A stretch of DNA of 64,000 nucleotides from Histomonas meleagridis 2922-C6/04-290x (GCA_020184695.1 JAANOX010000205.1:434001-498000); one strand, 5' to 3'. Shown: positions 49,639 to 60,836, numbered from the stretch's first letter. Numbers and translations: made by a program. Notes: generated by a model not told the origin, from the letters alone.

Positions 49639-52485
49639 TTACAACATGAAGTTGATTTTAGGTGTTTCAAACACGAAATCAACCATTTTTAGTTTCTGGA
49701 GTTTCATTGGAGGCTTCTTCTTTATTTTCTTCTTTGGCATTTCAGGAGTAACTTCAAGATTCTTTATTTCCCACATTTCGCTTTGTATATTTTCATTTGT
49801 TTTATCACTTTCCAAATCAGATGTAAAAAATGATTCAATTTTCATATTTTTACCTTTTGCAAAATTTTGTTTTTTACTTCTGCTTCTTTTGTTATCTTTG
49901 TAAGTATCAATTTCGTTTGACTTTCTTTTCATATTATTTTTTGATTTAGCATTTATTTCGAAGAAATTTTCTGCTTCTGATGAAATTTCTTTTTTGTTTT
50001 TTCTTTTTCGATTAGGTTTAGTATCAGATTCTGATGAAATTTCTTTTTTGTTTTTTCTTTTTCGATTAGGTTTAGTATCAGATTCTGATGAAATTTCTTT
50101 TTTGTTTTTTCTTTTTCGATTAGGTTTAGTATCAGATTCTGATGAAATTTCTTTTTTGTTTTTTCTTTTTCGATTAGGTTTAGTATCAGATTCTGATGAA
50201 ATTTCTTTTTTGTTTTTTCTTTTTCGATTAGGTTTAGTATCAGATTCTGATGAAATTTCTTTTTTGTTTTTTCTTTTTAGATTTGGTTTGGTATCAGATT
50301 CTGATGAAATTTCTTTTTTGTTTTTTCTTTTTAGATTTGGTTTAGTATCAGATTCTGATGAAATTTCTTTTTTGTTTTTTCTTTTTCGATTAGGTTTAGT
50401 ATCAGATTCTGATGAAATTTCTTTTTTGTTTTTTCTTTTTCGATTAGGTTTAGTATCAGATTCTGATGAAATTTCTTTTTTGTTTTTTCTTTTTAGATTT
50501 GGTTTTGTATCAGATTCTGATGAAATTTCTTTTTTGTTTTTTCTTTTTAGATTTGGTTTGGTATCAGATTCTGATGAAATTTCTTTTTTATTGCTTCTTT
50601 TTAGATTTGGTTTAGTATCAGATTCTGATGAAATTTCTTTTTTGTTTTTTCTTTTTAGATTTGGTTTGGTATCAGAGTCTGACGAATTTTCTTTTTTAGT
50701 ATTTCTCTTTTGATTAGGTTTTGTATCAGATGATGAATTTTCTTTTTTATTGTTTCTTTTTCGATTAGGTTTAATATCAATCTTAATATCGAAATTGGAA
50801 TTATTTTCGATGTTTGTTGTAATTTCTTTTTTATTTTTTGTATTTCTTTTTTCTTTTTTCTTTTTTGTTATTGTTTCAGTTTTGAATTCTAATTCAGATG
50901 AAATTTCTTTTTTAATATTTCTTCTTCGTTCTTTAGTTTCAGTATCTGATGAAGTTTCCATTTCCATTTTTATTTCATCATCTTCCAATTCTGAATCTGT
51001 TAAAATTTTAACTTTTCTTCTTTTTGTTTGTTTCTTTTTCGCATTACTTTTCTTTGTGCTTTTCTTTTCGCCAAAAAATCCATCAAAGTCAAAATCATCC
51101 GAATCAGAGAACAATTCACCAAATGTTTTACCACTTTTCTTTTTAATTCCACCAAATAATTTCAATTCGAGTTCCGACATTTTCTCTTTTTTCTCTTCTT
51201 TATTTGTTTGATTCTGAAGAAAAAATGGTGGAACATAAGGTTTCTTTTCCTTAACTTCGTTTATATTATTTTCATCTTTTTTTTTTTCATTATGGCCATT
51301 CTGTTTTTTCGACATTTGTTCTTTATTCTCATTCATTGATAATGCGATTCTATTTAAGTATTCATTCGATGATGAAATATATGAAACTTTTCCGATTGGT
51401 TTCGATGGTGAATTTATTGTACTGACACTATCAATTTTATTTAAACTTTCAGTTGATGAAGATTTATTTAGAACTTGGTTTTGTTCATTATTTGTTTTTT
51501 GTGAATAGGCTTTTTGAGTAATATAATTTATTGCCGTGGATGAGGTGAAAATCGGTTTTGGGCGTTGGAAGTCAATTTTTAGTTTTTCAATGCTTACCGA
51601 CTTTTTCAATGGATTACTTTGATGCTCATTTTTTGGCGCCGCATCTTCGGAAGTCGTTGTATCATTGTTGGAATTATGACTTGGTAAATCAGATTCTTTT
51701 GTGGAGGATTCAGGAGCTTTTGACTTGAGTTCCAATTTTGGATTAAAGGATTCATATGGATTGAATGATAAAACTGGCTTGAATTGTGTTTCAGTTGTAT
51801 CATGGTGGGTTGGATTGTAAGATTGAATTGGTTTAAAATTTGGTGTTGGTTGGTTGGATTGGTTTGAATTTATTAATGGAACTGGTTTTAATTGCTCTGT
51901 TGGCTGACTGGGCTTGGCTGGTTTTATTGACGGAGTTGGTGTCTGTTGTTCTGTTGATTCATCCTCTTTTATGATGGATTTCTTTTTTGGTTTTGATCGA
52001 TGAGTTGACATGGAGCGTTGTTTTGGAGCCACTTTCGGTTCTTCATTTACTTCTTCTTCGTGTGATGATTTTTTTCCCCTCCTGCTTTTTCGCTTTGCAT
52101 TATGGCTTTTTGATGTTTTTTCCTTTGTTTGATTTTTTGTAACATTCTCCTTTTCTACAGGCTGCTTTGTGCTTTTTTGTGGTTTTGGTGTTTCAACTTC
52201 TGGAATGAAATGTTCGATTTTTTTTTCGACAATCTTTTCAGGAGTTTTCATAAAAGGAGCACTCACCATCTGATTACAAGAAAGTGGGATCTTCCTTACG
52301 GACTGTTCATTAGTTACTTTTTGTGGACTCCAGCATGAGGTTGGCGAAAATAATCCTGGTGAATTCTTGAAAATACCTTGAGAAGTCTGAAATAATGGGC
52401 GGGATGCTTGTGTGCTATTAGAATTATTACCTTTATTTGGAAAAATACCTGTTGAGGAAGCCGAATTTCCCCCTACATTAAACAT
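49639..52485 (-). CDS. Low-complexity K/E/S-rich protein with an 18-aa tandem repeat (predicted disordered, nuclear or nucleolar-like)
   Basis: 948-aa ATG ORF with alternating SSESD and KRKNKK blocks. Confidence 0.78.
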   Translation of the reverse strand: MFNVGGNSASSTGIFPNKGNNSNSTQASRPLFQTSQGIFKNSPGLFSPTSCWSPQKVTNEQSVRKIPLSCNQMVSAPFMKTPEKIVEKKIEHFIPEVETPKPQKSTKQPVEKENVTKNQTKEKTSKSHNAKRKSRRGKKSSHEEEVNEEPKVAPKQRSMSTHRSKPKKKSIIKEDESTEQQTPTPSIKPAKPSQPTEQLKPVPLINSNQSNQPTPNFKPIQSYNPTHHDTTETQFKPVLSFNPYESFNPKLELKSKAPESSTKESDLPSHNSNNDTTTSEDAAPKNEHQSNPLKKSVSIEKLKIDFQRPKPIFTSSTAINYITQKAYSQKTNNEQNQVLNKSSSTESLNKIDSVSTINSPSKPIGKVSYISSSNEYLNRIALSMNENKEQMSKKQNGHNEKKKDENNINEVKEKKPYVPPFFLQNQTNKEEKKEKMSELELKLFGGIKKKSGKTFGELFSDSDDFDFDGFFGEKKSTKKSNAKKKQTKRRKVKILTDSELEDDEIKMEMETSSDTETKERRRNIKKEISSELEFKTETITKKKKEKRNTKNKKEITTNIENNSNFDIKIDIKPNRKRNNKKENSSSDTKPNQKRNTKKENSSDSDTKPNLKRKNKKEISSESDTKPNLKRSNKKEISSESDTKPNLKRKNKKEISSESDTKPNLKRKNKKEISSESDTKPNRKRKNKKEISSESDTKPNRKRKNKKEISSESDTKPNLKRKNKKEISSESDTKPNLKRKNKKEISSESDTKPNRKRKNKKEISSESDTKPNRKRKNKKEISSESDTKPNRKRKNKKEISSESDTKPNRKRKNKKEISSESDTKPNRKRKNKKEISSEAENFFEINAKSKNNMKRKSNEIDTYKDNKRSRSKKQNFAKGKNMKIESFFTSDLESDKTNENIQSEMWEIKNLEVTPEMPKKKIKKKPPMKLQKLKMVDFVFETPKINFML
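49977..50730. repeat. Coding minisatellite, 54-bp unit x about 14
   Basis: The unit recurs at 50031, 50085 and onward (period 54). It encodes SSESDTKPN[L/R]KRKNKKEI on the minus strand. Confidence 0.97.
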
Positions 52486-53720
52486 TGAGTCCAGAACTTT
52501 GGGTCTTTGAAATTACGAGGCCACAGGTTCGGTTTAGATAACCGCCCTTTTTTTGTGTTTTTTTGTTGGTTTGTGGCCGTGGAAAAAACAAACAATTTAA
52601 ATCCCATAAATCATAAAGATTGGATGAAAGACGACAATACTGATGGAATAAAGAGAATGCTCATTCTCAGCACTTGATAACGAAAAGAAAAAATTGAATT
52701 CAATAGAAAAAATAAGAGTTTGTTGATGTGATAATTTTGTCTGTTGGTTGAAGAATGTTTGTTTTTTGTTTTGAAAGAGGAAATTAAATAGCAATGCATC
52801 TCTAACCGTTTAATCGCCCTTTTAAAAAACCGGTTTTACAATGAAGGTTTTAGGTTTTTGTACATGCGCTACGGTTTTTTAGAAGTTTCTGAACCTTACG
52901 ATTATTTTCATTAAATTTTACAAGCAGTTTTTTTCGTTTGGAATTCTGGATATATACGTTAACTTTTTTGAATGGAATTGAATGGTTTATTGTTACGGAT
53001 TTTTGGAGATGAGAGTTTTCATAAAAGTAGGTAATCTTACAAAAGAAATGTTGTTAAAAATATGAAATAGCATTAACAAAACGATGGCAACATAAGGTTT
53101 TTAAAAATTCCTTTTTATCTTACTAATACATGAAAATATTTTTGGTTTTCGCAAAACCGAATTTCAAGCCCTTTGAAAAATTTCTGATAAATTGAAATCA
53201 GTTCATTTCGATTTGTTAACAAAAAAACCAAGTAAACATATGAAAAAATCAAGACAAACTGTACATAACCCCCGATCTTCGTTAAAAGGGTAAAAAGCTT
53301 AACACAATGAAACTAAATAAAATGTCTCAGTGCTTCTTAAAACATTTATTTTTGTAAAAAAAACAAAAAATTTGAAAACTGATTTTTATCTCATATCTTT
53401 AATTTTTTGAAATATTTTAAACTTAAAATAATAAATATAGTAAAGACAACTATAGGCAATATGACTTTGTTTTAATTTTTTTTTAAAATATGAATATTCA
53501 TTGAGAAAAGCAAAAAAATTTACTAATTTTCACTTAACTTTTGGCACTTTTTTACCATTGTTTTTTCGTTTACCATTTTTTAATGCTCTCATTTTGTGTA
53601 TAAGATTTCGGTTATTGGTGAAAAATTGAATAGACACTCAATTTAAATAATAAACAAACGACATCCTTAAACTTCTCTCTTTCCCCGAATAAACAAATAA
53701 TAAATGTAAATTACGAACCT

Positions 53721-56162
53721 GTGTATACAGTCGATAAGTTTCTTTCAGCTTTCCCGATTTCACAAAATTTTTCTTCTTATTCTGCCTATCAAGAAAAAGC
53801 AATTTCTTGGTATAAAAAAACTAAACGAATGGCTAGAAAATTATCACTTCCTCTTCCTGTACGGGGTTCTCTTCCGTGTCCTTTTAAACCATTTATTAAT
53901 CCAAAATTAAAAAATAGAATTCCGTCAGGATATTTAGGGCCAGAAAATCATCTTCAGCTTGAATCTATAATACTAAAAGAAGAGGCGTTTGATGAAGAGA
54001 GTGCTTTTTCCCAAAAGGGTAGATTCAATAAAACAGTACCCATATCTGCACATATAAAAAAAGATAATCAATGCAAGCTTATTCCTCCAGAGCCTAATCC
54101 AGATTTTTATGACACATATGAAAGCTATCTTGAAGCAGTAAATAATTGGACAAAAATTTGTTCCCAAGCTTCTTTTATTCCCGATCATCCAGAAAAGTTT
54201 AAAGAGAACGAATGTCAAGAAATGGCGCCCAATCCAAACCTTGGGCATTATATGACTGATTTTGATGAATTTGAGGATCTAATTAGTAATCCAATTCAGA
54301 ATTCGGATTGTATTTCTCAAAAATCAATGAAAAGCAGGCGGTCAAGGAAATCCAGAGGGTCCAAGCAATACAAAATTAAAGTTGTTGTCAAAAAAGTCAA
54401 AAAGAAGCCCAAGATCAATCTCAAAAAATCGAAGAAATCACTTAAGAATCTTTTCAATTCTTTGCAAAAAGTTGAACCGTATGAAGCACCGCCTCCTCAT
54501 AAGACCAGTTTTCGATATATATCATTTCCAGTTTTCCCTACTTCTTTAATTTATTCAATGCAATCTTATGGAACTGATGATCTTGATCCAAAAACCTTCT
54601 CTATTTCACGTGTCTTCAAGCTCATTCAATACTCCATGAATGCAGCAACACAATACGGCTCCATCACCACTTTTGAATTCAAACCGTCTCCATCGTTCAC
54701 TGAAATTTGCGATTCGTTAAATAAGGCTAATACATCATTTGAATCAATATATATGTTTTATTTCCTACATAATATCTTTGAAACAAATTCAACCATATCA
54801 AAAATGTTAGTTTCTGATACTCAATCATTATATTCTACTTTACGAATCTTAATCAAATTTTCTCATGTATCTGATTGTATTTATGACCCAATGGTAAATC
54901 ACTTCAAGGAACTTATAAAAGATGAAACTGATAAAAAATATGAATTATTTTATCAATCTTTAACAGGAATTAACAACCTAAATATCCTCAAAAAAGTACT
55001 TGTACAGACATTACGAAGGAATGAAAGCCTTTTTAACGTTATTGAGACAGCTTATATGACATTTATGGAATCTTTTCTTCAAATGATTACAAAGTCATCG
55101 ATGTTTTTTATCGACTGGATGTATTACCTATCCCAAAAAGATCCGATTTTCTTATCTACGTTGTTTATTTATATCTTTTCGATTACTTCAGTCATCCCAT
55201 TACTTGAAAAATTTTTAACATCCTTTAATAGTAATAATCGCTCTATTTTTTACATATTTAAGTCCATTGCTGAAGCAGACTTAAGTAAGTTTCATATATT
55301 ATCCATCATTATAATTTATAATTTATCGAATTCTTTAATCATTTACAAAATGTTAGAAAGCTCTCAAAATTGTCAATCTCTGTTTGATTCTCTCAATGAG
55401 CATTTAACTAATTTCATTTCTTCGTTGTTCAATATGGATGTTCAATATTATTGTTTACCACTTGATAACATTAATGAATTAATTAATAAAATTCCTTTGT
55501 TGTCACCACATAAAACGACCGTTACGCAGACGTTACTTTTGGACTCATTGATAGATTTACTTATCAGAGCCTGTTCAAATTTGCAACCGCACCAAACACA
55601 CGATTATTTTGTCAGCGCACTTTTTGTCACGCGTAAACTATTCAAAAACTCTAAGGATTGGAAAACTTTATGCAAAGTACTAGAATCCTTACAGATGATT
55701 ACAGAAAAATTACATAATTACGGTACACCTTTACACGATAATGTAATGATTATCGAAATAATGAAATGTATGGTATCTGATTCTTACTCTGTATCTTGCG
55801 CTGCTTGGAAAACTTTCGTGACTTGGGTAACTGTTACAAAGAATACACTACAAGAGTTCGTCCATGAAGAAGCTTTAAAACAACCTTTCAAAGAAATGCT
55901 GGAACAAATTACACCAATGCACTTTCTGCCATTTGCTGAAGCGATGGGAATGATTATAAGTTCCGATATAAAACAAGCAGACATAGGTTTGTTCATGAGA
56001 TATGTAAATGGATCAATCGATTGTCAGTTGGTATATAATACATTGGTCGAATTAATGGAAGATAAAAGAATCGTATATAGGAATGACTTCGTGAAGAAGT
56101 TCAGGAAAATGATGAGGACACATAAGGAATTGTTTAAGACAACAATAAGTACGGAATTATGA
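53721..56162 (+). CDS. Large hypothetical protein with a helical (ARM/HEAT-like) C-terminal half; start uncertain
   Basis: 813-aa frame open from 53634 with no ATG until 53829. It has a repeated N-terminal motif (FSSYSAYQEKAISW; FYDTYESYLEAVNNW). Confidence 0.72.
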   Translation: MYTVDKFLSAFPISQNFSSYSAYQEKAISWYKKTKRMARKLSLPLPVRGSLPCPFKPFINPKLKNRIPSGYLGPENHLQLESIILKEEAFDEESAFSQKGRFNKTVPISAHIKKDNQCKLIPPEPNPDFYDTYESYLEAVNNWTKICSQASFIPDHPEKFKENECQEMAPNPNLGHYMTDFDEFEDLISNPIQNSDCISQKSMKSRRSRKSRGSKQYKIKVVVKKVKKKPKINLKKSKKSLKNLFNSLQKVEPYEAPPPHKTSFRYISFPVFPTSLIYSMQSYGTDDLDPKTFSISRVFKLIQYSMNAATQYGSITTFEFKPSPSFTEICDSLNKANTSFESIYMFYFLHNIFETNSTISKMLVSDTQSLYSTLRILIKFSHVSDCIYDPMVNHFKELIKDETDKKYELFYQSLTGINNLNILKKVLVQTLRRNESLFNVIETAYMTFMESFLQMITKSSMFFIDWMYYLSQKDPIFLSTLFIYIFSITSVIPLLEKFLTSFNSNNRSIFYIFKSIAEADLSKFHILSIIIIYNLSNSLIIYKMLESSQNCQSLFDSLNEHLTNFISSLFNMDVQYYCLPLDNINELINKIPLLSPHKTTVTQTLLLDSLIDLLIRACSNLQPHQTHDYFVSALFVTRKLFKNSKDWKTLCKVLESLQMITEKLHNYGTPLHDNVMIIEIMKCMVSDSYSVSCAAWKTFVTWVTVTKNTLQEFVHEEALKQPFKEMLEQITPMHFLPFAEAMGMIISSDIKQADIGLFMRYVNGSIDCQLVYNTLVELMEDKRIVYRNDFVKKFRKMMRTHKELFKTTISTEL

Positions 56163-56726
56163 AATAAAAATTTTGTTTTGATTAATAAATTTTTGTTTGC
56201 AATTGGTTCTCTTGGATGAGCACTTCGTTCATTTATAATAAAGAAAATGTTTTTGATTAAGTTTTTCTAATGAAAGATTTGAATGTTTGTTATTAACACC
56301 AACGAGGCAGATACTTGTATCTATAAAAAAGCAAACTCTCCATTAAAAAAATTCATTAAAAGTTATTTGATCAAAATGGGTGTTTTCATCCAACGGCATT
56401 GCCCATCGGCTTTCGTACGTTTATAACCGCATGCCGCTCTCTGAAGGAGATTTTTAGGGACTGTAAATTGTTATGAAATTAAAGAAATTCAAGGAAACAA
56501 TTTGAGTAATAAAATTTCATATGAAGCTAAATTGGCATTTTTTATTATAGTTGCTGTTGTTTATCCAGATAATGCCAAATTCGAAAATTAAATAGCTTAA
56601 CGTTCAAAATTGGCCGATGCTAGATTAAGGGGGTGTTGGCGGTTGATATTGTCAAAAAGTGGCCGATACTATCAATTAAAATCGGTTTAAGTCAAAATTA
56701 ATTTTCTTTGTTCACATCACTTAAAA

Positions 56727-57347
56727 ATGTTCTTTGTTATTTTAGCAACAGCATTCTCACTGAAAAAGAATTTCTATTCTAAAGAAAATATCACAGAGCT
56801 CGTAAGTAATAACACTTATGTCGCTGTTTTTAATCTGAACGTAACTGAAGAATCAACTAAAAATCTTAAGACAATCTTCAAGATGGCTAAAAAGATTTTC
56901 AAGAAAATGTCTACTGCTAAAGTTGTTATTGCTGTTTGCGCTGATTCAGAAAAGGAAACAGGCGAACTTCAATTTTATGTCAACGGAACAATAGCACAAT
57001 CAGTTGAAATGGAAAAACTTGAAAAGAACCAATTAATTGAAATCTTAAAGGCTGAACAAATCTTGAAAGAAAAGAAAGAGAAAACTGAATTTAATGAAAA
57101 TGTTGAAAAGGAAGAAGAAAACGATGAATTCAAGCAAAAAAAGAATGAAATAAACCAAAAGATCAAAGAGTTAAAGCAACAAAAGAAGGAACTCAAGAAG
57201 CAAAAGAAAGAACAAGAAAAGAAGGCCAAGGAAGAAGCAGAAGCAAAAAAAGAAGAAGCAGAAGCACCAAAGGAAGAGGCAAGTCAAGAGAAAGAAACAG
57301 CTCAAGAAGAAGTCAAAACTGAAGAACCATCTACAAAAGAATTGTAA
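56727..57347 (+). CDS. Secretory-pathway (ER-lumenal?) protein: signal peptide, thioredoxin-like segment, K/E coil, C-terminal TKEL
   Basis: Leader MFFVILATAFS, YSKENITELVSNNTYVAVF..., and a KDEL-like terminus. Confidence 0.6.
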   Translation: MFFVILATAFSLKKNFYSKENITELVSNNTYVAVFNLNVTEESTKNLKTIFKMAKKIFKKMSTAKVVIAVCADSEKETGELQFYVNGTIAQSVEMEKLEKNQLIEILKAEQILKEKKEKTEFNENVEKEEENDEFKQKKNEINQKIKELKQQKKELKKQKKEQEKKAKEEAEAKKEEAEAPKEEASQEKETAQEEVKTEEPSTKEL

Positions 57348-57371
57348 ACACTAAACAGCTTCTTTTAATAT

Positions 57372-58199
57372 TTATTGGATAACTAATCGAACGCCATATT
57401 CATTTGGTCCTTCATTGTATTCTTCTTCTTCGAATATTTCTTCTTCTTCTGTTGGAGGGAAATCTTCGTTTTGATCGTCTTTAGGGGTGTCCCGTGTGTG
57501 ACCGTTTGTGTCGCCTTCTGGTGGAATCCATTCGCCATCATTTCCCCAATCTTCTTCCTCTTCTGGTGAACCTCGCCATGGATCATATTCTGGTTCATGT
57601 GCTTGTGGTGTTGTTTGATTCTGTTTGGTTTCTTCAGTTTCAGTACCTGAAATTGATAACTCATCTGATAGCTCTGCTTCATCATAACTGTAATCTCCAT
57701 CAGAAGCTCCAAATGCTGACTTGAGAAATCTGATATCAGATTTGGCTTGTTGGATTTCTTCTTGGAGACATTGAATTGTGAACTCATAATCGTCACAATT
57801 ATCAATGGAAATGTTTTTTTGTGCTTTTTGAAGTAAATCATTGGATGATCGTATTTTTAAATATTGACTTTGAAGCTTATAAATTTTTTGATCGTGTTCC
57901 TTGCTGATTTGGAGAAGCGCTTCATTATTCTCTTTTAATTCTTTTGTCTTAGTAGATGCAGAAGTTTTGAACGCATTTGATTGTTTTAGTTGATCATTTA
58001 CAAGTGTAAGCATTTCTTCCATTTCATGTGCTGTTGTGTTAGGATCTCTTGCTGCCTTTTGAATTTCAAAGATAAGTTTTGTTTTATCTATAGAATAATT
58101 ACCTTTGTGATCTTTTGAAAATATTCTTGCCTTCCATGAATTTCCTTGTGTTGTTTTTGTTGCTTTTGATGCTTGACTTGCTTTTGAGCTTGTTTTCAT
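57372..58199 (-). CDS. Coiled-coil protein with an acidic C-terminus
   Basis: 275-aa ATG ORF, tail-to-tail with 56727-57347 (24 bp apart). Confidence 0.7.
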   Translation of the reverse strand: MKTSSKASQASKATKTTQGNSWKARIFSKDHKGNYSIDKTKLIFEIQKAARDPNTTAHEMEEMLTLVNDQLKQSNAFKTSASTKTKELKENNEALLQISKEHDQKIYKLQSQYLKIRSSNDLLQKAQKNISIDNCDDYEFTIQCLQEEIQQAKSDIRFLKSAFGASDGDYSYDEAELSDELSISGTETEETKQNQTTPQAHEPEYDPWRGSPEEEEDWGNDGEWIPPEGDTNGHTRDTPKDDQNEDFPPTEEEEIFEEEEYNEGPNEYGVRLVIQ

Positions 58200-58544
58200 C
58201 TATATATTAAATACAAAAAAAAAAGATAACTGATTTTTTACATAACATTTCACAAAAAACACGTTAACTGCAGAACAAACAAAAATATATATATTATTTC
58301 ATTGTTTCAGTTTAGCCTTTTACTTTATCCTTAGCAGTTAAAAAATTAAAATGTGAAGGTATGTTTATTATTGATAAATTGATTCAATGAAAAAAAGATG
58401 AAGACACAATCAAAAGAATTAATGATAAACTAACTAATACTATGAGTTTCTAAATTATTTTTGCAAGCAGCTAAAATCTTAAAACAGAATGAAGAAATAG
58501 AATTTTTGTGTTTGAACATATTCTAATTGTACATTCTAAAATGT

Positions 58545-59021
58545 TCACTCAATATCAGCTTCTTTCAAAATTCTGATAAATTCTTCTTTGCTAATTTCGC
58601 CGTCTCCATCTTTATCGGCTTCTTTAAGTATTAATTGGAGTTCACTATCAGTTAGCTGCTCTCCTAGTTCAATTGAAACTCGCTTTAAATTTCGAAATGA
58701 AATTTTTCCTGTGTCATCATCATCAAAATGCATAAACACTTTTTCCATTTCTTCAATAGGGTCGCGTGATTGCATTACTCTGGTAAATATAGATATGAAA
58801 TCATCAAAGGATATTGAATGTGATTTAATTTGAGAAAGTTCGTGAATTATTTTCTTTATTTCCTGTGAAGAATCATTAAATCCGAGTGAATCAAGTGAAG
58901 CTAAAACTTCGTGTGGATCGATTTCTCCACTCCCGTCAATGTCAAATAAGTTAAATGCTTCTTTCAATTCATGGATCTGTTCATTACTGAGTGATTTGTG
59001 GAGAGAATTGAACCCACTCAT
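58545..59021 (-). CDS. Centrin (EF-hand, caltractin family)
   Basis: LSNEQIHELKEAFNLFDIDGSGEID, FMHFDDDDTGKISFRNLKRVSIELGEQLTDSELQ and EADKDGDGEISKEEF. Confidence 0.93.
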   Translation of the reverse strand: MSGFNSLHKSLSNEQIHELKEAFNLFDIDGSGEIDPHEVLASLDSLGFNDSSQEIKKIIHELSQIKSHSISFDDFISIFTRVMQSRDPIEEMEKVFMHFDDDDTGKISFRNLKRVSIELGEQLTDSELQLILKEADKDGDGEISKEEFIRILKEADIE

Positions 59022-59226
59022 TTTTTAACGTATTTTTACATATCAACTCACATCACATCACAAATCATTTCTCGATTATTTTTGTTCATTCACAATGAAT
59101 ATAAATAAAATAAAAAATATAAAATAATGTTCAATTATTTGAAATACTTTTACATTTATAGATAAAGAATGTTATGAAAAAAAAAACATATAAACATAAT
59201 ATATATTTAGTTCTTGAGCGAAATGT

Positions 59227-60045
59227 TTACTTGTGATTTGATACCACTGAACTAAAAAATGACAAATCTCGTGATTGATCATGAGTAATGTTTTGCTGGT
59301 TATTAAATTCTGGCGAAAAAGGATTTGGAAATAATTGGGAACTTTGGTTTTGAATTGGACTCTGCTGTATTACATTGCTGTTAATTGGAATTGTAGGGAA
59401 AATTGGTTGAACGCATTTATTTTCATATGCTCTTAATAAATTATTTTGTTTTATTGTTCTATTATATCGATACCTGCATTGGACATCTGTTCTATTTCCA
59501 AATTCCTTTGATATTTTTGACCATGAGTGAACACCATATATTTGAACCAAATTCATTAATTTATTGTCTTCTTCTTTTGTCCATTTTTCTTTCTTCATAT
59601 TTGGATCCAAGCACCTGAACCATCTTTGACCACATTGAGCTGCTGTTCTACCATTACCAACAAAGGAAGAAACCTTTTGCCAATCAGAGAATCTATAGTG
59701 ATATATCCCAGCAAGTAAAAGTTCATCTTCATCCATTGTCCAAGGCATTGATCTTTTTCTCGTTCTATGACTTGCTTCATTCTGAAGATCAAGGTCATTA
59801 TTTTGAGGCGCCTGCTTTGTCGAATTAGATTTCGCATTAATTATTCTCATTAAACGAATTACTGAACGTGGATCATATCCATCTGCAACTAAAAGATTTG
59901 AAGCATCTTCAAGACTTATTTTATTATTTATAAAATTCGAGAAAATTCTTGTTAATTTTTCTCTGACTTGAGGATCGAGTTTATGTGGGGAATACCCAGT
60001 AGCAGTATAAATTGATACATCAATTAAAGGCTGGGGAAAAGGCAT
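59227..60045 (-). CDS. R2R3 Myb transcription factor (same subfamily as 39173-39910)
   Basis: WTMDEDELLLAGI.....DWQKVS.FVGNGRTAAQCGQRW.RCLDP..KKEKWTKEED...FGNRTDVQCRYRY. Confidence 0.92.
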   Translation of the reverse strand: MPFPQPLIDVSIYTATGYSPHKLDPQVREKLTRIFSNFINNKISLEDASNLLVADGYDPRSVIRLMRIINAKSNSTKQAPQNNDLDLQNEASHRTRKRSMPWTMDEDELLLAGIYHYRFSDWQKVSSFVGNGRTAAQCGQRWFRCLDPNMKKEKWTKEEDNKLMNLVQIYGVHSWSKISKEFGNRTDVQCRYRYNRTIKQNNLLRAYENKCVQPIFPTIPINSNVIQQSPIQNQSSQLFPNPFSPEFNNQQNITHDQSRDLSFFSSVVSNHK

Positions 60046-60836
60046 ATAAGAAAATTTACAAGCTAGTGAAATGATCTTAATTCTATAAATTTTATATTGT
60101 AACTTTTAAAAAATAAGATTCCACTCATTGAAAATAAAGAACAATTGTAATTGTTTCTTATGATTCTTTTATATTCAATCTATTGAATACAAATTTTTCT
60201 TCAATTTGTTAATAAAAAATCATACGATGAAATTATAGATTATAAACTATTATTATTATATTTTTTGAAGCAAATGTAATATAGTGGCAATATTACCTTT
60301 TGAACGATTTCGTAAAGAATTTATACTACTCGATAGAATTAATTTTTATTGTTTCCTTACAAGCATTTAAATCTCAGAGGTTTGTATTTAAATAAAGGAA
60401 ATCCATGGAGAATAGAATTTTTTTATTTTGACATTTTTATAATTACATTGATAACAATAAAATAATTTACTATTAAATATAAAACGGAGCAAAATAACAC
60501 CAGAGATATTATTATATAAAATTATATTAAAATGTACACCAACATCTTTTAACATTAAAAAATTTAAATTCAGTAAAAATAATTTTCTTCACCAATTTCA
60601 TTCTATTAAAATAAAAAACATCGAAATTAATTATTATTATATATATGATCAAATCTTGTCTATCATTAGAAACTAATAAACTATTTTACAAAAACTTTTA
60701 GATAAAAAACAACAAAATTCATTACATTTAATAAATCTTTAAGGATTGGATTTAAATTATATAATATGTATATACATTAAAAAAACTTTTATTTAATATA
60801 TTTGTGCATTAATTCCTATTAGTTTAAATTTTGTTA

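Noticed and set aside
49977-50730. CRISPR-like array
   Set aside because: The units are contiguous 54-bp near-identical repeats with no unique spacers, lie inside a eukaryotic ORF, and have no cas genes nearby.
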